Below, one piece after another: positions 48,491 through 61,389 of a stretch of DNA of 64,000 nucleotides. How positions within the stretch are numbered: the first letter of the stretch is position 1; each line of letters starts with the position of its first letter. A program made the translations under genes and the position numbers. Source of the stretch: Vicugna vicugna (Eukaryota); the NCBI GenBank assembly GCA_013265495.1, contig MU057560.1, positions 62,001 through 126,000 of the forward strand. Direction: 5' to 3'. The notes under the pieces were generated by a model, which saw only the letters and a list, made by a program, of their open reading frames with translations, ran no database searches and had not been told where the DNA came from.

Positions 48491-50514
48491 GCTCCAGCAG
48501 AAAGAAAAAACCAGGAAGTTTGGAAGCCTGCCTATAATTTAGATGTTCTTTTCATCAAAATGGACACGTCCATTCAGATCCATCGACGGGGCAGACACTT
48601 CAGGGACTTCAGGGTGTGTGCAGAGCATCTTTCCAGCTGTTGTCTCATCACTGAGCAATTTAGACACAGGGGTCTGGCCGCTAGATAGCAAAGTAAACTA
48701 AAATGAAAGTTGAAAATTAGGGGACCCGCCAGCACCACAGAGAGTAAAGGAGACACACCACCAAGAAAAGAAAAAAAATCTCAGGACAAAATAATTCCGT
48801 CCAGAGGTGCTACAATACTATATTACCTTAAAATGTCTAGTTTTCAAGAAAAAAATGTAAGAAAAGAATTGGTGTTGCCATCACGGCCACTGCATCCTTA
48901 CCTGTGAGCTCTCTTGCGGGTTCCTCTCTCCCCAGGACCTCTCGACTCCAGGACATGAGGACGAAAGGAAGATGAGCCTCCCTCTCCCCAGTGCTTGTTC
49001 TCTGTCGTCCGCTGGACACCCTGTTTTTGCAGACAGAGACTGAGAGCCTCTCCTGGAGCAGAAGAGAGGGAAACAGCCAGCCTCACGCCACCTCTCTTCT
49101 CCAGGAGATGCCAAAAGCTGAGGCCAGGATGGTATAAAATCATCAGAGAACGCACAGTCCTCACTTGCTCCCATCCTGCTCAGAGCAAATGTGAGACGTG
49201 GTTTTATACAGAGACACAGGGTGGGGATGCCCCAGATACTCGGTGACCAGCGAGGAGGACCCGGGGCAGATGCTGCCGAGCTGGGGGCGCGACTGGCCTT
49301 CCCAGGCTGTGCCGGGATGGAGTACTGTCCTTCCCGACTTCTGACAAAGAGAAACATTTGGTGCTGGTGTGGAGCTACGGATATGGCAGGTATCTGTCAT
49401 TATACCGTCATCAGAGATGAGCTAATTGGATAGCACTTGATAACTGATCAGTTGCAACATTCATAAAACTGCTTCTCATTTCCCCCTCACATCACTTTAG
49501 CAGATGGTGCCTGGTACTCTAAGGGCAGAGCTTGTAGGCGGAGCCGGAAGTGTGATTACCGTCCAAAGATCAAATATTTGGTACAAGCATTAGGGAGCCA
49601 ACGAGACCACGATGCTGAGAGGCATGCGTGATTTACTGTTGGATTTAATCTACTTGAAAAAAAGAATCTTGGTGCGAGATTAAGAAAACCAAAACGTCAT
49701 CAACTAACACCTGAAATTTCTCAGCACCATCTGCCTGTAGCATTAAACAAAACCCAGGAGGCTCTGGGAGAAAGAACATGGAAAATTTAGTGACGAACTT
49801 CACCTGGGTAACTCGATAAATGTTACCTTTGTGGCTAGTCAGTAGCCAGGAAACCCCAAAAACCACGGAGAAGCCTGAAAAATGCTTCAGCTGTGAAAGG
49901 GGTTGCCTTCTCGGAGCATGAGGCCTGGCACATAAACACCAGTAAACTTTCTCTTACAGAAAACTAGTTCCATTGAAAGAGAGTCTTTCTCAGTCGTTAA
50001 GGTGGCTCCTTTCCTCTTAGTCCCCTTGGACCGGATTTCTTTTTGGTAATTCAAGCTTATAAAACACTGAAATTTAGCGGTGGATTTATACACATATCTG
50101 TATAGACCTCCTCTGCAAACATTCATGGACCCACCACAATATACCAGCACTGAGCACTGAGTATTAGAGTTACCCTCAGCTAAAAAGAAGACACCACGTT
50201 TCTTTAGGTGCACGATGATTTTATGAATCAGTAAGGCAAAGAAGAAAGGAAAAAGCTGCTGAGGACAATTGTATATTGGCATTGACTGTAAGATGCCCCC
50301 AGATTTTAGAGCTGTTAAAAGTGTGCCATTAAAATTCAGTGAAATTCGAGGGAAGCATTATTCATGTAGATGTATGTTATCTTTTTTGTGTGTGTTTTAT
50401 ATGGCCTTTTTTTTTCAGTGAAAACCAGATTTTCTTAAAGGAAAGTGACATCACAGTGCATTTAAGTCTCTGGACTCATCATTGGCCATAAATAAAACAA
50501 AACAAACAAAACAA

Positions 50515-51200
50515 AACAAATTTCCAGAACAGTTTTAGATTCACGGTGATATTGAGCAGAAGACACAGAGGTTTCCATATACACTTGTTTCCCCACCAAA
50601 ATGGTATATTTGCTATAATTCATGAACTTATATTTACACATTGGAATCACCCAAGTCCATGGTTTATATTACGGTTCAGTCTTGGTGTTGTCCATTCTAT
50701 GTGCTTGGACAAGTTTATAATGACTTATGCCCGTAATTATAGCATTTTCACTGTCCTAACAGTTCTCTCTGGCTCCCCTAGCCTTTCTCTCTGCCCCCAT
50801 CCCAGCCCCTGGCAACCACTGGACTTTTTACTGTCTTTATAGTTTTGCCTTTTCCAGAATGTCATGTAATTGGAATTATACAGTTTTCAGGTTGATGTCG
50901 TTCACTTAGTTACATGCATTTCCGTTTCTTCCATGCCTTTTCATGTTTCATTTGTCTGGATGTACTGCATCCATTCACCTACTGAAGGGAATCTTGGTTG
51001 CGTCTAAATTTTGGCAGTTATGAATAAAGTTGCTATAAACATTCACGTGCAGGCTTTTATGCGGACATAAGTTTCCATCTCATCTGGGTAAACACCAAGG
51101 AGTACAACTGCTGTATGCTAAGGTAAGAGTGTGCCTAGTTTTGTAAGCTGCCAAAATGTCTTCCAGAGTGACTGTGCCATCTGCATCCCCACCAGCAGTT
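50515..51200 (-). mobile_element. Old L1 (L1MC-like) 3' end
   Basis: 'agaacagttttagattcac...ccctggcaaccact...ttttgccttttccagaatgtcat...ttatgaataaagttgctataaacattcacgtgcagg...catccccaccagcag'. Confidence 0.88.
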
Positions 51201-52342
51201 TTACTGTTGTTTTCTGGCTCCAACCACTAGCAGATTCCCCACGTGACTCACCCAACATGCCCTGATGCACAAAATCCAGCCCCTGCCCACCTTCCCTACT
51301 GCGCTGGCATCCGCTCTGAAGCTTTTGGTCACTGACAGGACAAGGGCAGCGAGGAAACTTTTTGGTGATGTGGAAGGACGTAGAGAGACAGATCTCCTTC
51401 CAGAGAGGGTCACATTGAGTTTGGAGACATTGTCATAAATACATGACAGGTGGGGAATTAGCGTTTGCCTGAAGTAGAGTTGTGATGATCACCCACTTAT
51501 TTACAGAATCAGATTGCATTCCATTTTTGACATTGACTTTTTGATTTTTGTTCATTTGTTTGACATTGAAAGCCTCCCAGGAAAATTATGTGAAGTCAGT
51601 CATATCTGCTGGTATAATTGTAGTGCATACACATTACATAAACAAATACATGTGCAGAACGGAATTTACATTGCATTATTGGGCAGCGTTTAAAGATGGA
51701 TGCTTTGATGTAGGAAAGTAATTTTGAACTAAGTACAAGGAAATATAATCCTGGTTCTATATTCACTTCCTGTGAAACCTCGAAGCATTCGATAAGCCTA
51801 TCTTTTTCTCTCTTTTTGAAAAATTAAATGGGGAGAGATAGGCTTATTTTTAGAAGCTCTTTCTAATTTGAAAACTCTATTAAACACTGACTGTTCGGGT
51901 TTCCTAGGAGATAAAACACAAGATTATATTTCAAACCCCAAGATTATCCAGAAAGGATTAAGAGACATTTGTAAAGAAATGTATTTTCTTTTGTCTACCT
52001 GGACTTCAAGGAAAAGATAATCTAAAAAGTTAGTTTAAAACCTTGGTTGCATAAGTTAACTTGAAAATTGAATAATCGTATCACATGTATACATGCTCAA
52101 TCCTGTAAAGACTTTCATTTCTCAAGTAACTTTTCATTCCTTATTCATCAGTCTTGAGAAAAACCTAATCTTCATTTATCTGGCATTCAGCCCCACGTTC
52201 TGCATTTCCAGGAGAAATAGGCTATTTTGAAGCCTGTTTAGATAAACTTTTGTTAACAGAGTGAATGCAAGCCAGGATCACAGTCACTGTTAAAAACTCT
52301 GTTTCAGTTTAATTTTCTTTTGATGCCAAACATAAGAATATG

Positions 52343-52563
52343 CTTTTTTAATTGAAGTGTAGTCAGTTATAGTGTGTTAATTTTTGGTGTACAGCATAAT
52401 GGTTTAGTCATACGTATATTCATTTTCATATTCTTCTTCAGTATAGGTGACTACAAGATATTGAATATAGTTTCCTGTGCTCTACGGAAGAAACTTGCTG
52501 TTTATCTATTTTTTATATAGTAGTTGGTATCTGCAAATCTTGAACTCCCAGTTTCTCTCTTCC
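52343..52563 (-). mobile_element. L1 3' tail fragment (camelid type)
   Basis: 'ttaattgaagtgtagtcagttatagtgtg...caagatattgaatatagtttcctgtgctc...ctgcaaatcttgaactccc'. Confidence 0.85.
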
Positions 52564-53224
52564 AAGTGCATTTTAAATCACAATTAACCCAGGACAGTCT
52601 TCTTTAAAGGGCCAGGCTTCAGGTAAAGGTGAGGTATTCTGCTGAGCTGAACATCGCACTGGTAACAATTAGAAACTCCGGACAAAAATTGAAAACAAAA
52701 TTGTATGAGGGCTTTGGAGGGCAACCCCGAAGAGCCAGAATTTGAAGACGATGTGACCCTTCGAACTGGGTAAGATCCACATTTATACATCTTTTCCCCG
52801 GAGGACACGCTCCAGGCCACGTGGGGTTCTTGTAACTTCAGTTCTTTCCTGCATATAACTCATACTTTCCCTTCCGTGCATCTGGGATCTTGCTGTTTTG
52901 CAGGAATGTTCTTGTTCACTCCAACCTGTTCAGATTACTTTCACCCTTTCAAGCCGAGCTAATGGCCCAATTATTAGTGAAACCTCTCCTGACCCTGCAT
53001 AACTTTCCCTTCTCCGATTTCCTAAAGGCCTTGAAGTATGCGCCCCTCATCTGCTTCTTTCTATATGCAATTTCTTATTTGATTATCCTTCAGAACAAAA
53101 TATCTCCATCCTTACTAGAGTCAAGTGCCTGAATCGATTGTCTCCTGGCTTTCTGCTGCACTCTTTAAGAGCACTGCGATCTCATTTCTGAAAGGTTTAC
53201 CTTCTTTGAACATGTTGAACTTTG

Positions 53225-53395
53225 AAGAGAGGTGTGCCTGGGAGTGAATTCTGGCTCTGACTTTTGACATAATGCCATCTCTATGAGCCCTACCATTTTC
53301 AGTTGTGAAATGAGAGTGATGACAGTACCTACATCGCAGGGTTGTGATGTGGCTTGAGAGATTAAGTGCCTGGTACTAAGTAGACATTCTTTCAT
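53225..53395 (+). mobile_element. MIR SINE
   Basis: 'gtgaattctggctctgac...tgtgaaatgagagtgatgacagtacctacatcgcagggttgtg'. Confidence 0.7.
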
Positions 53396-53409
53396 TGCAA
53401 GCCCCAGCC

Positions 53410-53816
53410 CCTTTGCTCAGAGCCCGTATGGTAGACTCCACAAGTAGTGCAAGTTCTCCCCATCCTGACTTTGTGCTTGGCTGTTGGGACATTAGCAGTC
53501 AGGACTCGAGCGGGGACTTGAACGGCATATGTGCTTCAGGGCTTGTTCTGACTTGTGCTTTGATGGAACACTGAGACCCCACAGTAAGGAGTCCAGGCCA
53601 GCTTACTAGGAAGGAAAGACCCCATGGAGTAGACGGGAGCCTTCCCCAGGGAAGTCCCCCCAGGCCAAGCAGCCTATGTACTTCCAGACACGTGGAGGCA
53701 GGATACCCAGACCGAGGTCAGCTAACCCACAGCATTGTAAGAACCAATAAAAGGTTACTATTTTAAGCCATTGTTTTTCAGGGTAATTTGTTACACAGCA
53801 AAAACTAACTGAGCCA
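53410..53816 (+). mobile_element. MLT1 (MaLR) LTR
   Basis: 3' end 'aataaaaggttactattttaagccattgtttttcagggtaatttgttacacagcaaaaactaactga' is typical of MLT1. Confidence 0.75.
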
Positions 53817-54024
53817 AGTGTGGCAGAACATCTTTGAGAGGCAAATAGCATACATCTGTGACTTATTAGCGTGAGTTTATCAACAGAAATTTCAGAAAGT
53901 AAGAATGTATCAACTTCGGTTTCACAAAAGTTCAGCCAGCTCCTGAAGTATATATAGATCAGGCTTTTATGGTATCAATATACATATATTAAAATATTCA
54001 GAAATTCATTCCCAATCATTTACG

Positions 54025-54700
54025 TGGAGTAATGCAATAACAGCCTATCTGGTATAACTATCCAATCTGACCTCTTCCAACAGGTTCTCAAAAATAGAGT
54101 CAAGATTTTAAATTTTAAAATAGAGTCAAATTTAAAAAATGAACACATGCCTCTCCCTTCCAATCCCTGCCTGCTTATTAAAGATTATCTCGTTCCCAAC
54201 GTGAAGCCTGTTTCCCCAGTAGACTCCCGGGGTCCTGCTGGAGCCAAGCACAGTCTAGATGCCATGCCCAGCCTCATCACCCGTGTGTCCCTCTCACCTC
54301 TTCTGCTCTGTGCTGGCCACCCGGCACTCTTCACATCTTGGTGAGCTACAGGTGTGCTCCAAGCACCCTCCTGCTGCAGGGCGGCCTTTCAGTCTAGTGT
54401 GCATCCCCCATGCTTGACGTTGTTCATTCATACTCATCCTTTGGATCTTAATTCAATAATAATTTACTTGAAGAAGCTTTCCTAATTTCTACTTCCAGCC
54501 CTGAATTTATTTCCAGCTCCATTATGGCCTCTTGGCACCATATTCCTTTGTGAGCAATTGACATTTTTATTATCTCAAGTCCTGGTTTAATGTCTTTCTG
54601 CCCCGTAATGTGAAATGATCCCTGAGAAAGGACACTAAGTCAACTTTTCTCACAACTGTAGTCTCAGTACGTAAGAGAGCTCTAGCTCAAGATAAATCCT
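54025..54700 (+). mobile_element. L2 LINE 3' region
   Basis: 'gagtaatgcaataacagcct...ctcatcctttggatcttaattc...gaagctttccta...tttaatgtctttctgcccc...atccctgagaaagg'. Confidence 0.6.
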
Positions 54701-55189
54701 CCAGCCTCTAACTCCGATCATGACACAGTGGACCCTCTCCTGCTTCTGTAAACATCAATAGCATGGGCAATAGCTACGATGTGAATGCTCTCCAGCTTCC
54801 AAAGGGACCGTGGTCCTTGGGGAAAGGAATGGGCACCAAGAAAACCTATGACAGCCTCAGCTTTCTGCCTGGGGACACTTTTCTTCTGCTGTGGAAAGAA
54901 TTGGAACCCAAGCAAAGCAACTGTGTGGCTAAGCTGAGAAGGCAGAAAGGGAAGTCCTGGGATGCTGCAGGGATGGGAGTCTATAGGCCAGTGCATGGGA
55001 GAGGAGGTTGCTGGGCAGAGTGGAGGCCCTGGAAGTCTGTGTGGGGACTCACTGCAGGCCAGAGGACAAAGGCTGCCCCATGCACATGCGGGAGGTTCCC
55101 TGAGGCCGAGCAGAGTTTGCCTTTGCAGAGCTGAGAATGAACAGAGAGGCAGAGGTCAGGAATGTTCACCGGTGTCTTAACTAAGACCA

Positions 55190-56890
55190 CGGCAAGTCTG
55201 TATATTAGGTGTAGGGCTCGTGTCCTAGAAAAGGGTTCGGCAAACAACAAGCACAAGAAATCTAGTGTGAATATATAAATAGAGGACAAAGGAGACTTCA
55301 AGACAGGAAGTATGACCAGAGACAAGTTAGGGGCATTATGTAATAATTTAGTCAGTTCATCAGGAAGACAGCAATCAAGAATGCTTATGTACTCATGACA
55401 GCACTTTGAAATACATGAAACAAAACTGACACAACTAAGAGAAGAAAGAGAGAAGCCCACATCATAGCTGGAAATGGTGCACTTCACCCTCAGTAATGCA
55501 CAGAACTAGATAAAAAAGTGAGTAAGTATATAGATTTGAATAAGGATATTCCACAATGGGGCACAATTAAAATTCAATAATAATAAAAGACCTAGGACGT
55601 TTTCAAGTATTTGAACATTAAACAACCCACAGTGTAGGTCAAAAAGGACATCACAAGAGGAATAAGATTGTACTTTAACATAATTATGATAAAAAGACAG
55701 TCTATCAACATTTGGGGAATTCAACTAAAGGAGTGCTTAGAGGAAAGTTGATAGATTTGCATGTTTAGATTTGATACGGAAAACAGTTTAAGAATTGACA
55801 ATCTATGTTTCCATCTAAAGATGCCAGAAAAGTGAAAGCGACTTAAACACGATGTAAACAGAAGGAAGAATGTCCTAAATATACCAACGAGAGATCAATA
55901 AAATAAGACACAGGCAAATAATAGAGAGAGATAACAGAGGCAAAATTAACTCTGTGACAATTGACCAATTAAAAATGCTCAAGGAAAAAAACCCCACAAA
56001 TTACCAACATCAGGTGTGAAAAAGGAAATATCTTGCCACATCCTAAAGAAATTTCAAAGATATTTATGCAGTATCATAACTTTATATGAATAAATTCAAC
56101 AACCTGTGCCAAATGAATGAATATCTTGAAAGAAAAAAAATCAATTAACCAAAACAGACACAAGAAGGAATAAAATCGGACTAGCTCTATACTTACTAAA
56201 CTATCAAGTATGCAGTAAGAAAGAAAGAGAACCTTGTTACAATCAAAACGTCAGGCACAAAAGTTTCACTGATCGACTCTATACAAATTAGTAGAGATAA
56301 TTCTATCTTCCACAAAAGATTTTAGTTAATAAGGAGGCAGGGAAAATTTACTTCAGTTCATTTTATAGAGCCAGCTTAAAGCTCATACAAAAATCTTTAA
56401 AATGAACTTATGAAAAAAATATATTAATAGCTGATATCTGCTGTAAACCTACATACCAAAATGCAGAATTTAATATCAGCAGAGAAGCAAGTGGGGCCCC
56501 GCGAATGCCAGGTAGGTAAAACATTCAAAAAACCTGTAATGGCAGTTCACCGCCTCAACAGAACAAAACATGAAGAAGTAAACGTGATTACCTCACTAAA
56601 TAAAGAAAACGCATACACAATAATTCTGCTCCTATTTATGAAAAACACTCACAGTCAATGTGAAACCCAACAAAGGGCACCTGCCCCAAATCTGCAGGTA
56701 ACTTCATAGCTAATGATGAAATATTAAGCGCGGTTCCTCCAAGTTGGGGCCAAGGTGAGGATGGTCAGCTTCAGCGCTCTTATTTATCATTTTACTGGGT
56801 ACCAGCCAGCAGAGTGCAGAAAATTAATGAGTCAAGGTGTCTTGTTTGGAATTGAAGGGAAAAGCCTGCATTTGTCATAGATGACTTGTT
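55190..56890 (+). mobile_element. Old L1M ORF2 remnants
   Basis: A-rich degenerate ORF2 segments: 'aaaactgacacaact', 'aaggagtgcttagaggaaagtt', 'acaaattaccaacatcagg', 'tcattttatagagccagc', 'tttgtcatagatgac'. Confidence 0.75.
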
Positions 56891-58966
56891 GTTTGACTGG
56901 TTGCCTTGTTTGGCTTGTATTTCCGTATTGCCATTACAGGAGGACGCTTCATCTCATAAACTGGGTATTACCACCCTCTCCAGCCAAGCCTCATCCTGGG
57001 CTATAAAACGATGCATACGGAGTTCACCTCTTCATCCAAGGGGACCCGGCGCTGGGGTAGCCTCATCACTCACATTCGGGACCCCGCCCCCTCTCGCACG
57101 CCTGCTCCCCGGGCCCTGCTCACACCATCGCCCTCTCAGCCTCTCTCTCCGTCTGAACCACAGCCTCCATTCCTTCTTTTATGTACCATGCACGTGACTT
57201 TTAAAACATGACGTATATTCTTCCTGGTCTGTCCGCCTCGTCTCTATTAGAGAGCACTTTCCACGAGGTCAAAGAGCTGGTGCAGCTCCTGTTGCTGGTC
57301 GGGAGATGTTTCCCACGGGCCTGGGACAGAGTCTGGCCACAAGGTTGGCTCGCGATCATTTCATGGGAATAAATTCGCGAATGAACGGGCTGGACATGGA
57401 GGCCGACCTCGCCCCGAGGAAGCTGAGCCACAGTCATTTTGTTGAAAAGGAAGTTGAAATATACATGTAGGTCCAGTGAGAGCCTTACAGTTGGTCGGGA
57501 GGGACCCCGACTGGGCAGCCAGGGTTGATTAAACGCTTGGAGAAAACAGACCTACAGGCAGACCTCTCCCAGCCCTCCTCCTCCGCTGTGCTGCGCTCAG
57601 CTTCCATTTACCTACTCGGTTTGATGACGAGGAGCAGAATCATTCTATCTTTGGAGGGTGTCCGGGGACCTGGAGTTGCAGCCTGCGTTTTCACTCAGCA
57701 GAATTTTTAATCCACAACTTCTCGGAGCTGTGGAGCCCCTGCTGCGTGGCTCACACCTAACAGGCACCAACAGGCCCTGGTGTAAAGCTATTTATGAGGT
57801 GCTCTGCTCCGGCACCTCCGCGCACACCGCACGTCCCCCTAGGCGTGCAGAGCCACGCAAGCCCGGGCCGCCGCAGGGACTACTCAGGCCTTTTCGCCGT
57901 GGCTTTACCAGCCGCTTTGTCCCGGAAAGGCAGTCCCCGGTAACAAAGAGGCCTTCCAAGCTGTCCTGCTTTGGAGTCAGGCAGATTCCTTTTTCCGGAC
58001 AAGGCTGACAAGGCTGAGAAGGTGATGAGGACCTGGGCACCTGCCTTTAACCACAGCATCAGTGACTTCATGAGGACTTCCGGTAATTAACATGTGGGGC
58101 CCCTGGCAACCGGATACCAGCTCATTAACCCTTACAGCTACGTTTTCTGAAGGCTGCAGCCATGTTCCTTTATATTCATGTGTTCTTTCCCCTGCTGTTC
58201 CGAGAATACCCGAGCTATAAGCTCTTGTAAAAGAAGCTTGTATTAAAGCATTATTTTTGTTCACACTCCCCGGGGCTTTTTTTTTTAATATATAATTTAA
58301 GGTATGGATTCTTTGCCCTTTCTACCAAAAGGAGTTGGGATGAGAGAAAAGACCCCAGACGCATTTTCAGTCTAACACGTTACTTGCTGCTACCGGGAGC
58401 CTGAGTCCGTGTGTGCTGACAGGTGTGACAAGGGAACTACGGATTGTCTGTGCAGGTGCAGGTCTGATGCACAGCTCTCTGGTCCCGGGCCCCGGAATGG
58501 GAAGACAGTTTGAAGGGTGTCAGCCGAGAGAGGCTGATGTGGGGTTCTAGGAGGTGAGCGGCCCAAACGAAAAAATGCACGAGGAGTTGCCATAGTGCTG
58601 GACAGACTTCAGCCGGAGACACCATGGGGTTAACAGCACTTCATTGCCACAGGGAGGTGCGCCTATGATGCACCTGTCCTGCGTTTATCTGTTTTTTGTC
58701 AACACATGCGCGGTCTGAGTTTCTTTGTTCATTAGGCTTACAGAATAGCACATGCGTACTTCTATTTTCTTTGTTCTAAATCTTATATAATTGACGCATG
58801 CGTGGAGCAATTATTTACTGCATACTACAAACATGCTCTGTAGTCGTGGCCTTGGGTCCCACAGCCTTAACTTATCTCAAGGCTCTGGCCATGGCCTTCA
58901 GTCCCACGGCATTAACTCGTCTCAAGGCCAGCTCACAAAGGGTATGACATCAGTGCAGATGCCGAG

Positions 58967-59088
58967 GTGCGAGGCCACTGCTTCCCGAGTGCACACACGC
59001 TCCAGGTCCTGGGCTGGGGGCTGGGGAGTGCGAGGCCACTGCTTCCCGAGTGCACACACGCTCCAGGTCCTGGGCTGGGGGCTGGGGA
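58967..59088. repeat. Perfect 61-bp tandem duplication
   Basis: gtgcgaggccactgcttcccgagtgcacacacgctccaggtcctgggctgggggctgggga occurs at 58967-59027 and again at 59028-59088. Confidence 0.97.
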
Positions 59089-59339
59089 CAGTCGGGCTCT
59101 CTCGGGGACATGGTAGTTCAAGGCTGGGTCTTCATGTTCTGTGCACTTTACTCCTTATAGATGCATTTGCTCCTGTTCCCAGTGACTGTCACTCTCAGTC
59201 ATAAGCACTTGCCTTGAACAATCACAGAGCCAACAGGTCTGCAGAGGGACCTTAGGTGTCATTCCCCAGAGGCACAAGAATGCAGCACCTAGAGTCACAG
59301 GGATCAGGACCAGACCCATTCTGTCTCTAATCTGCATGT

Positions 59340-59515
59340 GTTAATCTCACTCTGTTCCTGGATCTAGTGCTAATCGGACGTGTACCAGGGTTTCCTCATC
59401 TGCAAAATGGAAATAATAGTAATAACAACTTTCTTCTCTGGTTGTTGGACCATTAAGTGCAATATTCATAGCACTGAGCAAGACATACAGTAACCACTCC
59501 TGAAAGCAAACTATT
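59340..59515 (+). mobile_element. MIR fragment
   Basis: 'gtttcctcatctgcaaaatggaaataatagtaat...ggttgttggaccattaagtg'. Confidence 0.75.
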
Positions 59516-61389
59516 ACAGCATAGAACTCTTCAGCAGATTAAATAAAATACTTGGCAGAAATAGGAAAATCATCTCCCATAATCAACAATAAAATATGAA
59601 ACACAGACTTAGCCAACCGTGCACAGCTCAGGTCTATGGGCCATTGCGCCGCTTCAGTCTGGGCTTCCCCTGACAGTGCAGAGAGGGGCAGGACCATGGT
59701 GTCCTGTGGCAGGGCAGGGACAGACTCTAGGAGACGTAGGGATGAACACAGGACAGCCACACTCATGGTGGGTACAGCTGGGACAATTAAGCCCAGGGTT
59801 GAAGGAAAAACCAGTAGGAAACTTAGGAAAGACGAGGGGAAAATGACATGGCGGGACTGGGTAGACATTTGCAAAGTGGATAAAATGGTTCCTATCTCAC
59901 ACCATAGATTTTGAAGCTAGGAGAACTGGCTCTACATCTTATGAGATGCTTATGAGACAGTTGCCTTAACAGTAAAAATGGTGCTATGTACTCACTCTCT
60001 GAGGTGGTAAAGGTTACAGATGATAAATGCAGGATATTTAACCAAGTCTACTGCTGCTGAGTTCCTTACGGTCTAGTGGTAACACACACAGAAAGAAATG
60101 GTCACACATACCTTAACATAAGTGCATGAGGAAGAGGAACCCTCTTCTGATGTAGCACATCACAAAAGAACCTGGCCCTGTTGGGTAAGTCTGGAGACAA
60201 GGCCTGGACTGGGGGTTTAACTGGGCCTCAGGATGGGGCACACTTGGAACCTACTGCTTTGTTCTCTGTTCTGGAGGCTCCAGTTGTACCTGAGAAGAAA
60301 AGTGTCTCAGTTGAATCTACCGTTACATAACTTACACTTTAATGAATAGTTCAATGTACGTAAATCCCACCATGTACTTATGAACGGATATTTTCTTAGA
60401 CTAGATTCCTAGCACTGCAATTACCTGCTCAAGACGGGAACACACTGCCATATTGCTTTCTTGGAACCCTATACAATTATGTTCTCAACAGCAGGCTAGG
60501 AAAATTGAGAATGAAAGCAAAATAGAAAGACTTGCCCGTATACCACATTCAGTAAGGGTTAATTCTACATTTTCCTGTTTTAAAATATTTTTTTAATTAA
60601 AAAAAATCATAATTTTTTTAGATGAATGTTAAATAGCTGTGATATGTATCAGGATTCTTTGTTATTAAAAAAGTTTTAATCATAAGAAATGTGTTTATGT
60701 ACACCAATGGTCAGTGGGTAGAGTTATGGCTCATTCCTGCCTTCTGTATTCATTTATCTTTGATTTCTTCATCAATATATTTTACATTTCATCCAATGAT
60801 GAAAAAAGAAAAACTCCTAGTCAATCAGCATCAATTCTGACTCATATTAAACATTGTATGAATTTCTATGGTGTCACTGATTTCTCTGTATTTCAGAGAG
60901 ACGACATCCTTGTTCAGTTTCTCAAGGGAAGCATGAAAAGTTCTTTTGATAACTTAAAAGTAGAATTGGAAGAAAAACCTTGAGGGTACACTAGTTAAAA
61001 CAACTTGGAATGTTATTGTTCCTTTAAATTGATAATTTTTAATATTTGAAAGTAATATACTAACAAAATAACATTTTTCAAAGGACAGCTTGGTAGCATT
61101 AGTCAAATCATCTTTAAGTTTTGCACTTCATAAAATATCTGGATTTAGTGATAAATTGTAGCATTTGAACTTTTTATCTTCCCAATAAATGCAGCCGTAG
61201 GATATCATTACGCAATCAATAGGGCTTATTTATCATTTACTCTGTTTGAAGTTGTAGTTCTGTTTCATTTTGGGGTAAACAAAACAAGCAAACAGAAATG
61301 AATACCATTTCCGGGTAGATTAAATAGATGTAATTTCCCTATTGCTTCTGCTAAGTGTAACTAAAAAACATGGACATTATAAAAAAAAG

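Noticed and set aside
49645..49740. Minus-strand peptide DVLVFLISHQDSFF, loosely like a RhoGAP C-terminal helix
   Set aside because: Too short, and no other RhoGAP-like exons are nearby; probably chance.
54091..54129. 13-bp direct repeat aaaatagagtcaa
   Set aside because: Small slippage duplication within an L2 remnant, with no evident significance.
17090..60470. Scattered single TTC-N3-GAA motifs (near 17095, 37407, 39936 and 60458) as a STAT landscape
   Set aside because: The number I saw is within chance expectation for a 6-base pattern in 64 kb.
60897..60983. Terminal-exon-like segment (tgtatttcag|RDDILVQFLKGSMKSSFDNLKVELEEKP*)
   Set aside because: Plausible acceptor, but I found no upstream coding exons and recognise no homologue. 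A tBLASTn hit would be needed to call it.
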